From a virus (lineage: Duplodnaviria; Caudoviricetes), in IMG/VR virus record IMGVR_UViG_3300020433_000009, positions 1 through 52,170 of that record: a DNA stretch of 52,170 bases. The stretch is one strand, 5' to 3'. Positions 24,714 through 33,523 of this stretch are shown piece after piece (the first letter of the stretch is position 1; the number at the start of each line of letters is the position of its first letter). The position numbers and the translations under genes were made by a program. The notes under the pieces were generated by a model. That model did no database searches. It saw nothing but the letters and a program-made list of their open reading frames with translations, and was not told the origin of the DNA.

Positions 24714-26771
24714 TTATCTACGGGGTATAACTTCTTCAAAGCTAACACCAGTACGGGTAGCAACGAAAGTTAAAGTTATAAAGTTAATTGAGCGTGCAGG
24801 CTTGATATAGAAATCAGCCTTAAACTCATTACTGTCAACGATATCGGGAGTATTGTTTGTCCCGTCACAAATAACTTTGAAGTCGGTAACACCTCTTTCG
24901 GCTTGTACACCTCTAAGGTATGGTTCGACAACATTCTTGAAGTTGTTTCTTGTGAATTCGTCGTTCAGTTCAAAGAGAACCCCCTTCGCAGCATTACCGA
25001 TTGTCTTCTCAAGAACTAAGAATAGACGACGGACATTGATGCGATCAAATGCAGATGGTGAAGCGAGAGCAGTTTTGTCTCCGAAAAGAACAATACCTTG
25101 ACCAGGCAAACTGGTAATAGGATTAATTCTCTTCTGATACAGTGAATCTCTTTCGGATTTGGTTGGTGAGTATGCTAGTTTTATAGCACCTTTAATTGCA
25201 CCACGGTTTAAACCAGCTGGTGAGAACCAAGGTAATCCGTTTGCAGTGGTTGCTGCACATAAACCAGCAGTATCTCCACAGCAAGGAATGTAACGATACT
25301 TGTCAGCAAATCTATCATAGACATACTTCCAAGTATTATCAAACACAGCGAATGATGTGCTTGCTCTTCCGCTAAAGAAGTCAATTACATTTTGTGTTTG
25401 TGTTGAAGAACTTGTTACTCCAACAACGTCTCCTCTATATGGTGAGACGAAAGCAACACAATCTTTTCTTGAAGATGCGATTGTAATAGCTGCATCTGCA
25501 ATTGCTTGTGTATTTGTTTTACTTCCTGCATCGCCAGGACCTGCAATGAGGTAGTCGATTAGGCGAGTCTCAGGATCAGCAAATTCTTGTAGTGCTGTAA
25601 CTATTTCACCAGATGTTGCACCTAGTGTTTCAGCACCTTTACCTATTCCGTCAACTGGATTGCTGAATGAGTAAGAATGGTTGCCATCGTTATTAATTCC
25701 ATTCTTATTAACTAGTAAGTCAAACACTGTAGTGGATGGACTACCAGCATTTCCAGTACCAGGTATGTTACTTGCGTTATCAGTTAACTGATTAGCACTT
25801 ACGTCATAAGCTTCAGTTTCGTGAGAACCCCAGTAAATAAATGCTGACCTCTCAAGTATTACTTGTGGGTAATAATTGATAGACCCTTCTGCACTCTTTG
25901 CATCATTGGCCTTAGACACATAAGTAAATTTTTCTAGGAGTGTTTTTGGTGTGCCTGTTACGGAACCAGTTCTGTCCCATACGCAGATGTGCATTTCATC
26001 ATTTGCACCACCACGATCACTAACGTAAGTAGATGTACCAGGACGGGGAGCAATTACATTCCACTTACCAAGAGTTGTTGTAACACCTTGAATTAGAACA
26101 CTGACATCTTGTTGATCGTACCAATCTATAACTGATGTGATGTTAAGGTCAGTAGTACCATTCTCTACATCATCTGTAGTTGTCCATACATCGTTACTAA
26201 TGATTGATAGTTGGTTTGTAGTTGCATCCCAATCATAGATCCTTGCTGTTTTAGTACCAGCAACGTCAGCAATTTCTGTACCAACTGTAGTTGTTGTAGG
26301 TATACCATCTAGAGTTAAGATGTAATCTGCACCCTTGTCAATGACTGATACTACAAGACCATTACTATCTGCACCTACGTTTCTTGCTGCAAATTTGAAT
26401 GGGTTGTTACTTGCTTCTAGATAAGCAGCTTCGTATATATCTTTTGATGCTATAGAAAGAGTGTATGGAGATGTTGTGAAATCGTCTGATGCGGTTAACT
26501 GTCCAGATGTTGCACAACGAACCACGTCGAGAACTCCACCATATGATAGGAAGCTGGCAGCTGTCCACCATGTCTCTGCGTTTGCGTCGGTGGGTTCACC
26601 AAAGATTTCAATTAATTGAGATTCGGTTGCGATACGTGTAGGGGTTGAAACTGGTCCTTTGCTAAAGGCACCAACAATTGCTCCGACGTTAACTTCCACT
26701 GTCTCAATCGACCCAAGTGTCAAATCCCTTTCTTGGATATCAACTCCTGGCGATAGAAGAGTGCTAGCCAT
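24714..26771 (-). CDS. gp18: Tail sheath protein gp18
   Basis: SPGVDIQERDLT, PWFSPAGLNRG, SAFDRINVRRLF, KPARSINFITL. Confidence 0.98.
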   Translation of the reverse strand: MASTLLSPGVDIQERDLTLGSIETVEVNVGAIVGAFSKGPVSTPTRIATESQLIEIFGEPTDANAETWWTAASFLSYGGVLDVVRCATSGQLTASDDFTTSPYTLSIASKDIYEAAYLEASNNPFKFAARNVGADSNGLVVSVIDKGADYILTLDGIPTTTTVGTEIADVAGTKTARIYDWDATTNQLSIISNDVWTTTDDVENGTTDLNITSVIDWYDQQDVSVLIQGVTTTLGKWNVIAPRPGTSTYVSDRGGANDEMHICVWDRTGSVTGTPKTLLEKFTYVSKANDAKSAEGSINYYPQVILERSAFIYWGSHETEAYDVSANQLTDNASNIPGTGNAGSPSTTVFDLLVNKNGINNDGNHSYSFSNPVDGIGKGAETLGATSGEIVTALQEFADPETRLIDYLIAGPGDAGSKTNTQAIADAAITIASSRKDCVAFVSPYRGDVVGVTSSSTQTQNVIDFFSGRASTSFAVFDNTWKYVYDRFADKYRYIPCCGDTAGLCAATTANGLPWFSPAGLNRGAIKGAIKLAYSPTKSERDSLYQKRINPITSLPGQGIVLFGDKTALASPSAFDRINVRRLFLVLEKTIGNAAKGVLFELNDEFTRNNFKNVVEPYLRGVQAERGVTDFKVICDGTNNTPDIVDSNEFKADFYIKPARSINFITLTFVATRTGVSFEEVIPRR

Positions 26772-26811
26772 GCTTATTACTCCTGATGATAAATCAATTT
26801 TTGTCTAAAAT

Positions 26812-26818
26812 TATTTAT
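26812..26818 (-). promoter_or_regulatory. T4-like late promoter
   Basis: ATAAATA upstream of gp18. Confidence 0.75.
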
Positions 26819-26832
26819 TAAAAGCTTCTTTT

Positions 26833-28524
26833 TCAGCGATAGTTCCACATGAAGTCTCTATCACCATACTCATCAACCTTCCATTTTGCTGAGTCTTGTT
26901 CGTTCATATCAATAGTCCAGATATTTCCCTCAGTATCGACAATAGCTTCATCTTCTAGTCCATCATCAATAAAACCGAACGGAGCCATGTCCTGTTCTAT
27001 CTGATTTTTCTGCTCTTCATATATCTTTCTACGTATATCTTGATCAGTCATTTCTTTGAAGTACTCTTGCTGTGCTAACCATGCAAAGATCACTAGACAC
27101 ATGACAAGATCGTCATGATATCCCTCATCTGCTTCAAATGACTGCTTATTTTGAATGAAAGTAGTTAGTTCTGCTACTATATTATAGTCTCGTGCTAGTA
27201 ATTTATCATCTTCTATCAGTGTTTTGAGGTTACTGCATCCTTGTGCCTTAACAGTCTTGCTCATTTTTACACCCATCTGGACTTTGTTACCTGAGAAACC
27301 TTGCCCAACAACTTGACCAGATCTACCACGCATAGCACACATCAAAACATTTTCATATTCTACATCATAGTATAGACTAGCAGCTACCGCTTCACCTATA
27401 TCATTTACTTCTATAAGAACATGTGCATTGTTATAATTCGTTGCAACATTGTAAATTACGTTCGGAAACAACATCGGTCTGATGTCTTTGTTTCTATACT
27501 TTGCTACTAGTTTCCATGGAGCATGTGTAATATCAATGATTACAAAGGCAGAGTAATCCTGTGCGAGACCACGAGATACGTCAACACATATGATGTAATC
27601 ATGATTGTCAATAGGATTTTCATAAACATCTAATCCTGCATTCTGTACTAACGGGTCATCATATACTAATGTTCTTAGTTTAGCAGCTGAGATTAATGTG
27701 TCAACAGATCCAAGGAACTCACACTCAAACTCCTGAGTGAATTGTCTTTCTGATGTGTTGGCAATCGTCGTTTCTTTCCACTTGGCATCTCGACCAGGCA
27801 CTTTAGTCCAATGCACTTCAGTCCATGCATATCCATTTCTTCCTTTCTGTGCATCAACCCACAACTTATAAAAGTGGTTCATACCAAATGGGGTTGATAT
27901 AATTATTACTTTTGTCTTGGTACCAGAAGTGATAGTAGGATATACTGAGCTGAAGAATGCTTCAGCAATATGATTAGGTACAAAGGCAAACTCATCAAGG
28001 AAAATAATATTGAAAGACATACCTCGAACTGCACTTGCGGAGGTAGATGCTGCCAGTATCTTAGATCCATTTTCTAACTCCATACTTCCTTTATTGTACA
28101 CAACAATACCTTGCTGTATCCATAAAGGTAATTGCTCATATGCTAATTGTAATCTTCCGAGCAAGTCTCTTGCAGTAGATAACTTGTTGGCAAGAATACC
28201 GATATTAACATTGTCATTAAACAGTGCATAATGTAAAAGGTAAGACACACAAGTAGTGGACTTACCAGTCTGACGAGGTAGTTTTGCTATATTAAATCTA
28301 TGCTCATGGAACTTTTCAATAAGTTCCTCTTGAAAATCCCACATCTTAAATGGAACTATACCTTCATCAAGTGAGATGATCTTGATATAGTTCTTAGCAA
28401 AATATACAGGATCCTCTTTGCACTTGAGGTATTCCTGTATTTGCTCTTGAGTGAATTGTATTTCAGTCCCAACTTTTTTAAGGTTAGGATTACCCAAGTA
28501 ATAATCTGACGGGTTAGTCGGCAT
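26833..28524 (-). CDS. gp17: Terminase large subunit gp17
   Basis: YLGNPNLK, PRQTGKSTT, IFLDEFAF, DVSRG..DYSA, HDDLVM. Confidence 0.98.
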   Translation of the reverse strand: MPTNPSDYYLGNPNLKKVGTEIQFTQEQIQEYLKCKEDPVYFAKNYIKIISLDEGIVPFKMWDFQEELIEKFHEHRFNIAKLPRQTGKSTTCVSYLLHYALFNDNVNIGILANKLSTARDLLGRLQLAYEQLPLWIQQGIVVYNKGSMELENGSKILAASTSASAVRGMSFNIIFLDEFAFVPNHIAEAFFSSVYPTITSGTKTKVIIISTPFGMNHFYKLWVDAQKGRNGYAWTEVHWTKVPGRDAKWKETTIANTSERQFTQEFECEFLGSVDTLISAAKLRTLVYDDPLVQNAGLDVYENPIDNHDYIICVDVSRGLAQDYSAFVIIDITHAPWKLVAKYRNKDIRPMLFPNVIYNVATNYNNAHVLIEVNDIGEAVAASLYYDVEYENVLMCAMRGRSGQVVGQGFSGNKVQMGVKMSKTVKAQGCSNLKTLIEDDKLLARDYNIVAELTTFIQNKQSFEADEGYHDDLVMCLVIFAWLAQQEYFKEMTDQDIRRKIYEEQKNQIEQDMAPFGFIDDGLEDEAIVDTEGNIWTIDMNEQDSAKWKVDEYGDRDFMWNYR

Positions 28525-28681
28525 GTGTCACTAAGTATGTCTCCGCTTCCTGTTTGGTATCAAACCAGTGCAGATGATGATTTAACTGAAGTGTAAATTG
28601 TTTTTCAATATGATCGTAGCCGATTACTCCTTCGTAATCTTTCCAATCAAGATCTAAACGATCCTCTGGTACCTCGCTCAT
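28514..28681 (-). CDS. Hypothetical protein (55 aa), missed by the ORF track
   Basis: MSEVPEDRLDLDWKDYEGVIGYDHIEKQFTLQLNHHLHWFDTKQEAETYLVTHAD*; SD GGAGG upstream; overlaps the gp17 start. Confidence 0.65.
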   Translation of the reverse strand: MSEVPEDRLDLDWKDYEGVIGYDHIEKQFTLQLNHHLHWFDTKQEAETYLVTHAD

Positions 28682-28805
28682 GACTGAACTCCTCCTTCTT
28701 TAGTTCATATTGTAGCATAGATTTCAAGATTTGGGCACGCCCAATATCTCGAAATGCTTCTACTACACGGAGTTCAGATTCTAATTCTTGTATTCTAGTC
28801 TTCAT
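28647..28805 (-). CDS. Hypothetical protein (52 aa), missed by the ORF track
   Basis: MKTRIQELESELRVVEAFRDIGRAQILKSMLQYELKKEEFSHERGTRGSFRS*; starts 2 nt after the upstream stop. Confidence 0.6.
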   Translation of the reverse strand: MKTRIQELESELRVVEAFRDIGRAQILKSMLQYELKKEEFSHERGTRGSFRS

Positions 28806-28807
28806 AA

Positions 28808-29671
28808 TTAACAGTCCCAAGCTCTAAGTGATTTGTTTATTCTACTATCGGGGTCTCTAGCAGTCTTTTTAGAAGTAAGTTTCTTTTTCATACCTCTCAT
28901 TCTAGCACAGAAACTTGCTCTTCGCTTGTTTCCTTTCTTTTTACTTGGTCTTTTTAGGTCACTACCAGGATTTTCTCTCTCATATGACTTACGACCTTTC
29001 TCATTTAATCCACCAGATTTGTTCTTACCCTCTTTTCTTTGCCATGCAGACTCTTTATGAGTCTCACCTTTCATGAGAGTACCATCTTTCATTACATGGT
29101 GACCCTTGGGTATAGGTTTACACTTATGGTCTTGCCTGCAGAAGTATTCACCCTTCTTACAATTTTTTGCACTACCGTCATTGTGTTCTAGTGTAACTTC
29201 TTCATTTTTCTTTTTATTCTTATGCTTCCATGCAGTTGCATAAGCAATACCTTCTTCACCCTTTGTCAAGTTGCCATCCTTAGAATATGATTTCTTGATA
29301 TGTTTTACCATTCTATCATACTTTGCACCTTTTGGTGCTTCCTCAGCAAACGCAGCATTTATTGAAGGTGTAGGACCTTCCTTGTCTTGACCAGACTCAT
29401 AGTACCCATCATCAGGTACATGCTTTTTCTTTGCCTTAACTTTTTTCTTAACTGCTTCAGTTGTCAATATAACAGGTCCGTCAGTTGGATCTGATTCATG
29501 AAACTTTGTTACCCTACTGCCAGGATAAACACTATTTGCTATCCTCTGTGCACCAGGTCTTTGAAGTTTTTGTAACTTAGACCTAAAGACAGTGATATCA
29601 TATTCTCTACCTCTCCAAATAAGAGAGAGAACATAGTACCTTCCATACATTGTAGGGATTCTTGTTGTCAT
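28808..29671 (-). CDS. Basic modular protein, probable internal virion protein
   Basis: Lys-rich modules separated by Glu-containing linkers; C-terminal AWQRKEGK..GGLN..RRASFCARM..LRAWDC module. Confidence 0.7.
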   Translation of the reverse strand: MTTRIPTMYGRYYVLSLIWRGREYDITVFRSKLQKLQRPGAQRIANSVYPGSRVTKFHESDPTDGPVILTTEAVKKKVKAKKKHVPDDGYYESGQDKEGPTPSINAAFAEEAPKGAKYDRMVKHIKKSYSKDGNLTKGEEGIAYATAWKHKNKKKNEEVTLEHNDGSAKNCKKGEYFCRQDHKCKPIPKGHHVMKDGTLMKGETHKESAWQRKEGKNKSGGLNEKGRKSYERENPGSDLKRPSKKKGNKRRASFCARMRGMKKKLTSKKTARDPDSRINKSLRAWDC

Positions 29672-29925
29672 CTAGTGAAGCCGATTTTTGTTACCTTAAC
29701 TGATGCACCGCCAGCTGATGCTGTTAATGTATCTGTTGCATCTTTTTCAAATACTTCCACTGTCCCATTCAGAACTGTGGCACTACCAATGGTATTACCA
29801 CCAGAGTCTTTTCTTGTGATTACAGATACAGCACTATGTCCATTATATAAACGAACAAGAGTTGCATTGCCCACGTTAGATGGGTTAGTAAGGTCTGTCT
29901 CAGCGGCTAATACGTGAATTACCAT
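29668..29925 (-). CDS. Small beta-rich protein, probably structural
   Basis: Preceded by late promoter ATAAATA (29950-29956); ATLVRLYN...VKVTKIGF. Confidence 0.7.
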   Translation of the reverse strand: MVIHVLAAETDLTNPSNVGNATLVRLYNGHSAVSVITRKDSGGNTIGSATVLNGTVEVFEKDATDTLTASAGGASVKVTKIGFTR

Positions 29926-29948
29926 GATAGAATACTTCCTTTACTTCT

Positions 29949-30371
29949 TTATTTATCTTTCTTCTTAGATGCATTTTTGAGCATCTTTTGAAGATCAGCA
30001 GTACTACCAACAAACAGTGAGTTGTTAGTAACTACCTTCTTAGCACTCTCTTCTTTGACAGCTTTCTTGTCTTTCTGTAGTGCCATAAGTTTGTCGGCAA
30101 CATCACCTACGTGTTTGATGAGTTGTCCAGCAACTTCGTATGCTCTAGGGTGATCAGAAGACATAGCCAAATCAAGAGCACCGTTGACAGCTTCTTGTCC
30201 TTTATCCACCAAGGCATACAGATTTCCTCGTGCATATTCATAGTCATCCTGTACCTCGTCTTTTCCTTCCACCTTTTTTATAGGTGTTCTTTCCTTTGGA
30301 GTAATCTCATCCACTACTGTTTCAACAGTATTGAATGTTTGATCTAATCCTGACATCTCTTCGTTATTCAT
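29949..30371 (-). CDS. gp16: Terminase small subunit gp16
   Basis: DYEYARGNLY, SDHPRAYEVAGQLIK, NNSLFVGSTADLQKML. Confidence 0.95.
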   Translation of the reverse strand: MNNEEMSGLDQTFNTVETVVDEITPKERTPIKKVEGKDEVQDDYEYARGNLYALVDKGQEAVNGALDLAMSSDHPRAYEVAGQLIKHVGDVADKLMALQKDKKAVKEESAKKVVTNNSLFVGSTADLQKMLKNASKKKDK

Positions 30372-31368
30372 ATACGCTAGTCATCTCACTAAATCCGAAG
30401 TCATCACCACTAGTCAATAGTGCATCATCTACACTATCTATAAGATCTACTGCAGTAGCAGCAGCTGCGGCCGATGCAGTAGTACCATTCTGTGCTCGAC
30501 GAACAGATAGTTTGTTTGGCGAGGTCTTACTCTTAACATACATCACTTCATTTCCAACCTCAATGTAAGATTGAGTAGGAATGTTGCTGTAGTCTACAAC
30601 TTCGATCGTTAGATTTCTTGTAGTTATAGCACTTGCAAGTTCTGTAGTTCCATCCTTGTCTTTGTCTGTAAGTGCCTTCGGGGTGACTTGATATGCAACC
30701 TGTCTAGTGGATGTAGAAGAAGGCATAGTAGTATAGATATCTGCTTTTGCTTTCTTGATAGGAGCTGCAGTTCCAACAGGTCCGAAGATGTATGCTTTGA
30801 CTGTAAATGACATTGTAATCAAAGTAATCTTCCTATCATCAAAAGTTCCTTCGTAGTCATCACTATAAGAAACACTATTTAAAATAATAGGAACATCTCT
30901 AAAGTCATTCATATCATCAACTAACTTAATAGTCATCTGGAATGATGGTTGGAATACTGGTAGTATCTGCTCCATGATCTCTAGAGACTCATCATTAGTT
31001 TTTGAGATTACATTTAATTCAAAATCAATATTATATGGTACAGGTGTAAACTGTTTCTTGACTGCATTGTTAGTATCAGCCTTAAGAGTTAATGTAGTTG
31101 GTGCAAGTTTTCTAGAACTGTCATACGAAATACCCGTCATCTCGAAAGATAAACGGGGAACTGTGATCGCAACCTTCTGGTTTAGATCTGCCTGTTGTTC
31201 TAGTCTTGCTAAAAATTTCTGTCGAGGACCGTATGCTAGAGGAACTTTCATCCTACTGTATACAGAACCATCTTTGTTCTCTTTCCTACATTCTATATTA
31301 TTAAAGAGCGTACCAAATCCTATGACGCATTTTCTAATAATTTTATTATATGTGTATGTCCCTAACAT
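30364..31368 (-). CDS. gp15: Tail sheath stabiliser gp15
   Basis: FGTLFNNI, VPLAYGPRQKFLARL, PVPYNIDFEL, EQILPVFQP. Confidence 0.95.
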   Translation of the reverse strand: MLGTYTYNKIIRKCVIGFGTLFNNIECRKENKDGSVYSRMKVPLAYGPRQKFLARLEQQADLNQKVAITVPRLSFEMTGISYDSSRKLAPTTLTLKADTNNAVKKQFTPVPYNIDFELNVISKTNDESLEIMEQILPVFQPSFQMTIKLVDDMNDFRDVPIILNSVSYSDDYEGTFDDRKITLITMSFTVKAYIFGPVGTAAPIKKAKADIYTTMPSSTSTRQVAYQVTPKALTDKDKDGTTELASAITTRNLTIEVVDYSNIPTQSYIEVGNEVMYVKSKTSPNKLSVRRAQNGTTASAAAAATAVDLIDSVDDALLTSGDDFGFSEMTSVYE

Positions 31369-31369
31369 C

Positions 31370-32707
31370 TTAAGTAATTACTCCAAATGGGTTTGTTTCA
31401 CTAAAGTCTAAAATATCGTCACCTAAGTTTTCAAAGGTTACGCTTTCTGAATATTTAGTATCTGTTGTTGCCATCTCATCTCTATTATCTAGTACCATGG
31501 TAGCACCAGAGTCTGAACCCATAATGGTTTCACCTATAGCGAAAGTAGCAGTTGGCGATTTAAGTTTGATCCAACCTTCTTGTGCATCCCACTCAACCAT
31601 CTGAGCTGTTGCACCAGTAGTACCACCAGTAACTGTTTCTGGTACTGTGAAAGTTCCAGATATTCCTTGTGGTGCAGCAGTAAATGCCATTGTTGCAGCT
31701 GTGTAACCAGTACCTGCATTAGTAATATCTATAAGTTTAACACTTCTATAACCAGAACCACCATTTAAAATATTGATTGCAGTCAAAACCCCATTGGTAA
31801 AAGTTGGTGTGACCGTTGCCTTTACGCCACCAGGATCAGGATCAGTTATCTGTAGAGTTGCTCTATCTTCATCATATCCCTCGCCACCATCTACTATGTT
31901 TACAGACATCAGTTGTCCTTGATTGACAATCCCTCTTATGACTGCAGATTTAGTTGGTGAACCACCAGACACAGTAATGTTTGTCATGAATGCAGTAGCA
32001 GCTGCATTGGATCCATTACCAGAAATAGTAATCGTAGGTGTTTCATTATATTTGCTACCATTGTTAGTAATGTAGATTTGATCAATACCACCATTGTCAA
32101 TAACTGGAGTTCCAGTTGCAGTAACACCATTAGTAGTGAGATAGTAATGTTTAACAGTATATCCGTAATCAATGAGATCCTCATCACCCTCAAATAGATC
32201 ACCTTGCTCGTTGCTGTATTCAAAGAGCTCACACTTGAGTTTGTAAACATAACCCTTACCAAGTTGATAGAAAGGTTCTTCATGTTCTACAAATTTAATC
32301 TCAAAGAAATTGCTAGTTATTGGGAAGTATATTAAATCTCCTTCTTGTGGTCTTTCTCCAACTTCAATAGTTGTACCCTTATCTAAAAGTAAGAACTGAG
32401 AAATTAAATCTGAAAATCTTTGTTGAGAGATTACCAAAGTTAATTCATCTGTTTGTCTAATACCAAACTTGGTCATTAAATCTCCACCACCTTGGAACCC
32501 ATCAAAGTTCTCTAGGTAACCTTCTATAATATATGCATCATCAAATTCAGAAATACTTTCCTCATTAAAAACACCATCCTTCATAACCATCTTACGAGGA
32601 CAGTAGAGGACATCCATCCCAAACATTTTAAGATGTTCTTCTACTAGGTTCTGTAATAGAAACTGTTCGTTTCTAGTACCATGAGTAAAGTATGTAGATC
32701 TTGCCAT
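31370..32707 (-). CDS. gp14: Neck protein gp14 with beta-repeat insertion
   Basis: RPQEGDLIYFP, FEIKFVEHEEPFYQLGK, CELFEYS, DFSETNPFG; internal I.I.NGGSGY repeats. Confidence 0.93.
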   Translation of the reverse strand: MARSTYFTHGTRNEQFLLQNLVEEHLKMFGMDVLYCPRKMVMKDGVFNEESISEFDDAYIIEGYLENFDGFQGGGDLMTKFGIRQTDELTLVISQQRFSDLISQFLLLDKGTTIEVGERPQEGDLIYFPITSNFFEIKFVEHEEPFYQLGKGYVYKLKCELFEYSNEQGDLFEGDEDLIDYGYTVKHYYLTTNGVTATGTPVIDNGGIDQIYITNNGSKYNETPTITISGNGSNAAATAFMTNITVSGGSPTKSAVIRGIVNQGQLMSVNIVDGGEGYDEDRATLQITDPDPGGVKATVTPTFTNGVLTAINILNGGSGYRSVKLIDITNAGTGYTAATMAFTAAPQGISGTFTVPETVTGGTTGATAQMVEWDAQEGWIKLKSPTATFAIGETIMGSDSGATMVLDNRDEMATTDTKYSESVTFENLGDDILDFSETNPFGVIT

Positions 32708-33522
32708 TATCCAATCATGTCTAGTGGTGGTGTCTCATATTGAGATATCATTTCCTCTTCTAGTTTTGCTACTTTCTCTTTACCTTCGTTGTATATAAAC
32801 TCTCCGTTCATTGTAATTCCACCAGGCAACTGAGCTCCTTGAAACTTAATTAAGTTTGCACCCCACTGTCTTTGTATAAGTGCAGATACATATCTTTTCA
32901 TCCAAAGATCATTGTAAACTGCAGATGTATTTGTAGGATCTAGTGCACGATAAACTTCAAGAACTAAGAAGTCTCCATCATTTACATCAGTTTTAAAATC
33001 TAAATCTAGATACAATCTATCTCCCCTCATCTGGAATCTAGTTTGTTTCTGTCCTTCTAAGAGATAGTAGATATCTTCTAGTCTTCTATTGACCATCTCA
33101 TAGGTTAAAATTTCTGTGTTGGTTAGATCCCATAGATCATTCAATCTCCACTGATATCTAACATCAAATAAATTAGTTACATTCTTAGATTGGAATGGAA
33201 ATACTTTTATAACACTAGTAACATGCTCAGGAACTTTAAGATAATTATTCTGTTCCTTCCAATCAACTGCTAGTGCTGATGATGTTGCAGCTGTTACTTG
33301 AGTAGTAGTGTCAGTTGTCATGGCATCAATCATAGCCTGATTAAACTGAACTTTTAGATGGGTTCTGATGTAACCATCCATATGTCTTTCATTGTAAAAT
33401 TGGATAGCATCATCCACTAGATCAGATATCTGATCATCTTCAATATTAATTTCTAGAACAGGAGCACCGTTTTGACGCAATGCGTAGTCGATAAGTCCTT
33501 CTCTTGTTGATGGTGAGGCCAT
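32707..33522 (-). CDS. gp13: Neck protein gp13
   Basis: LRQNGAPVLEINI, QWGANLIKFQGAQLPGGITMNG. Confidence 0.95.
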   Translation of the reverse strand: MASPSTREGLIDYALRQNGAPVLEINIEDDQISDLVDDAIQFYNERHMDGYIRTHLKVQFNQAMIDAMTTDTTTQVTAATSSALAVDWKEQNNYLKVPEHVTSVIKVFPFQSKNVTNLFDVRYQWRLNDLWDLTNTEILTYEMVNRRLEDIYYLLEGQKQTRFQMRGDRLYLDLDFKTDVNDGDFLVLEVYRALDPTNTSAVYNDLWMKRYVSALIQRQWGANLIKFQGAQLPGGITMNGEFIYNEGKEKVAKLEEEMISQYETPPLDMIG

Positions 33523-33523
33523 G

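Noticed and set aside
9048-33522. Introns, inteins or homing endonucleases in core genes
   Set aside because: gp46, uvsW, gp17, gp18, gp20 and gp23 are uninterrupted and of ordinary length; no HNH, GIY-YIG or LAGLIDADG motifs recognised
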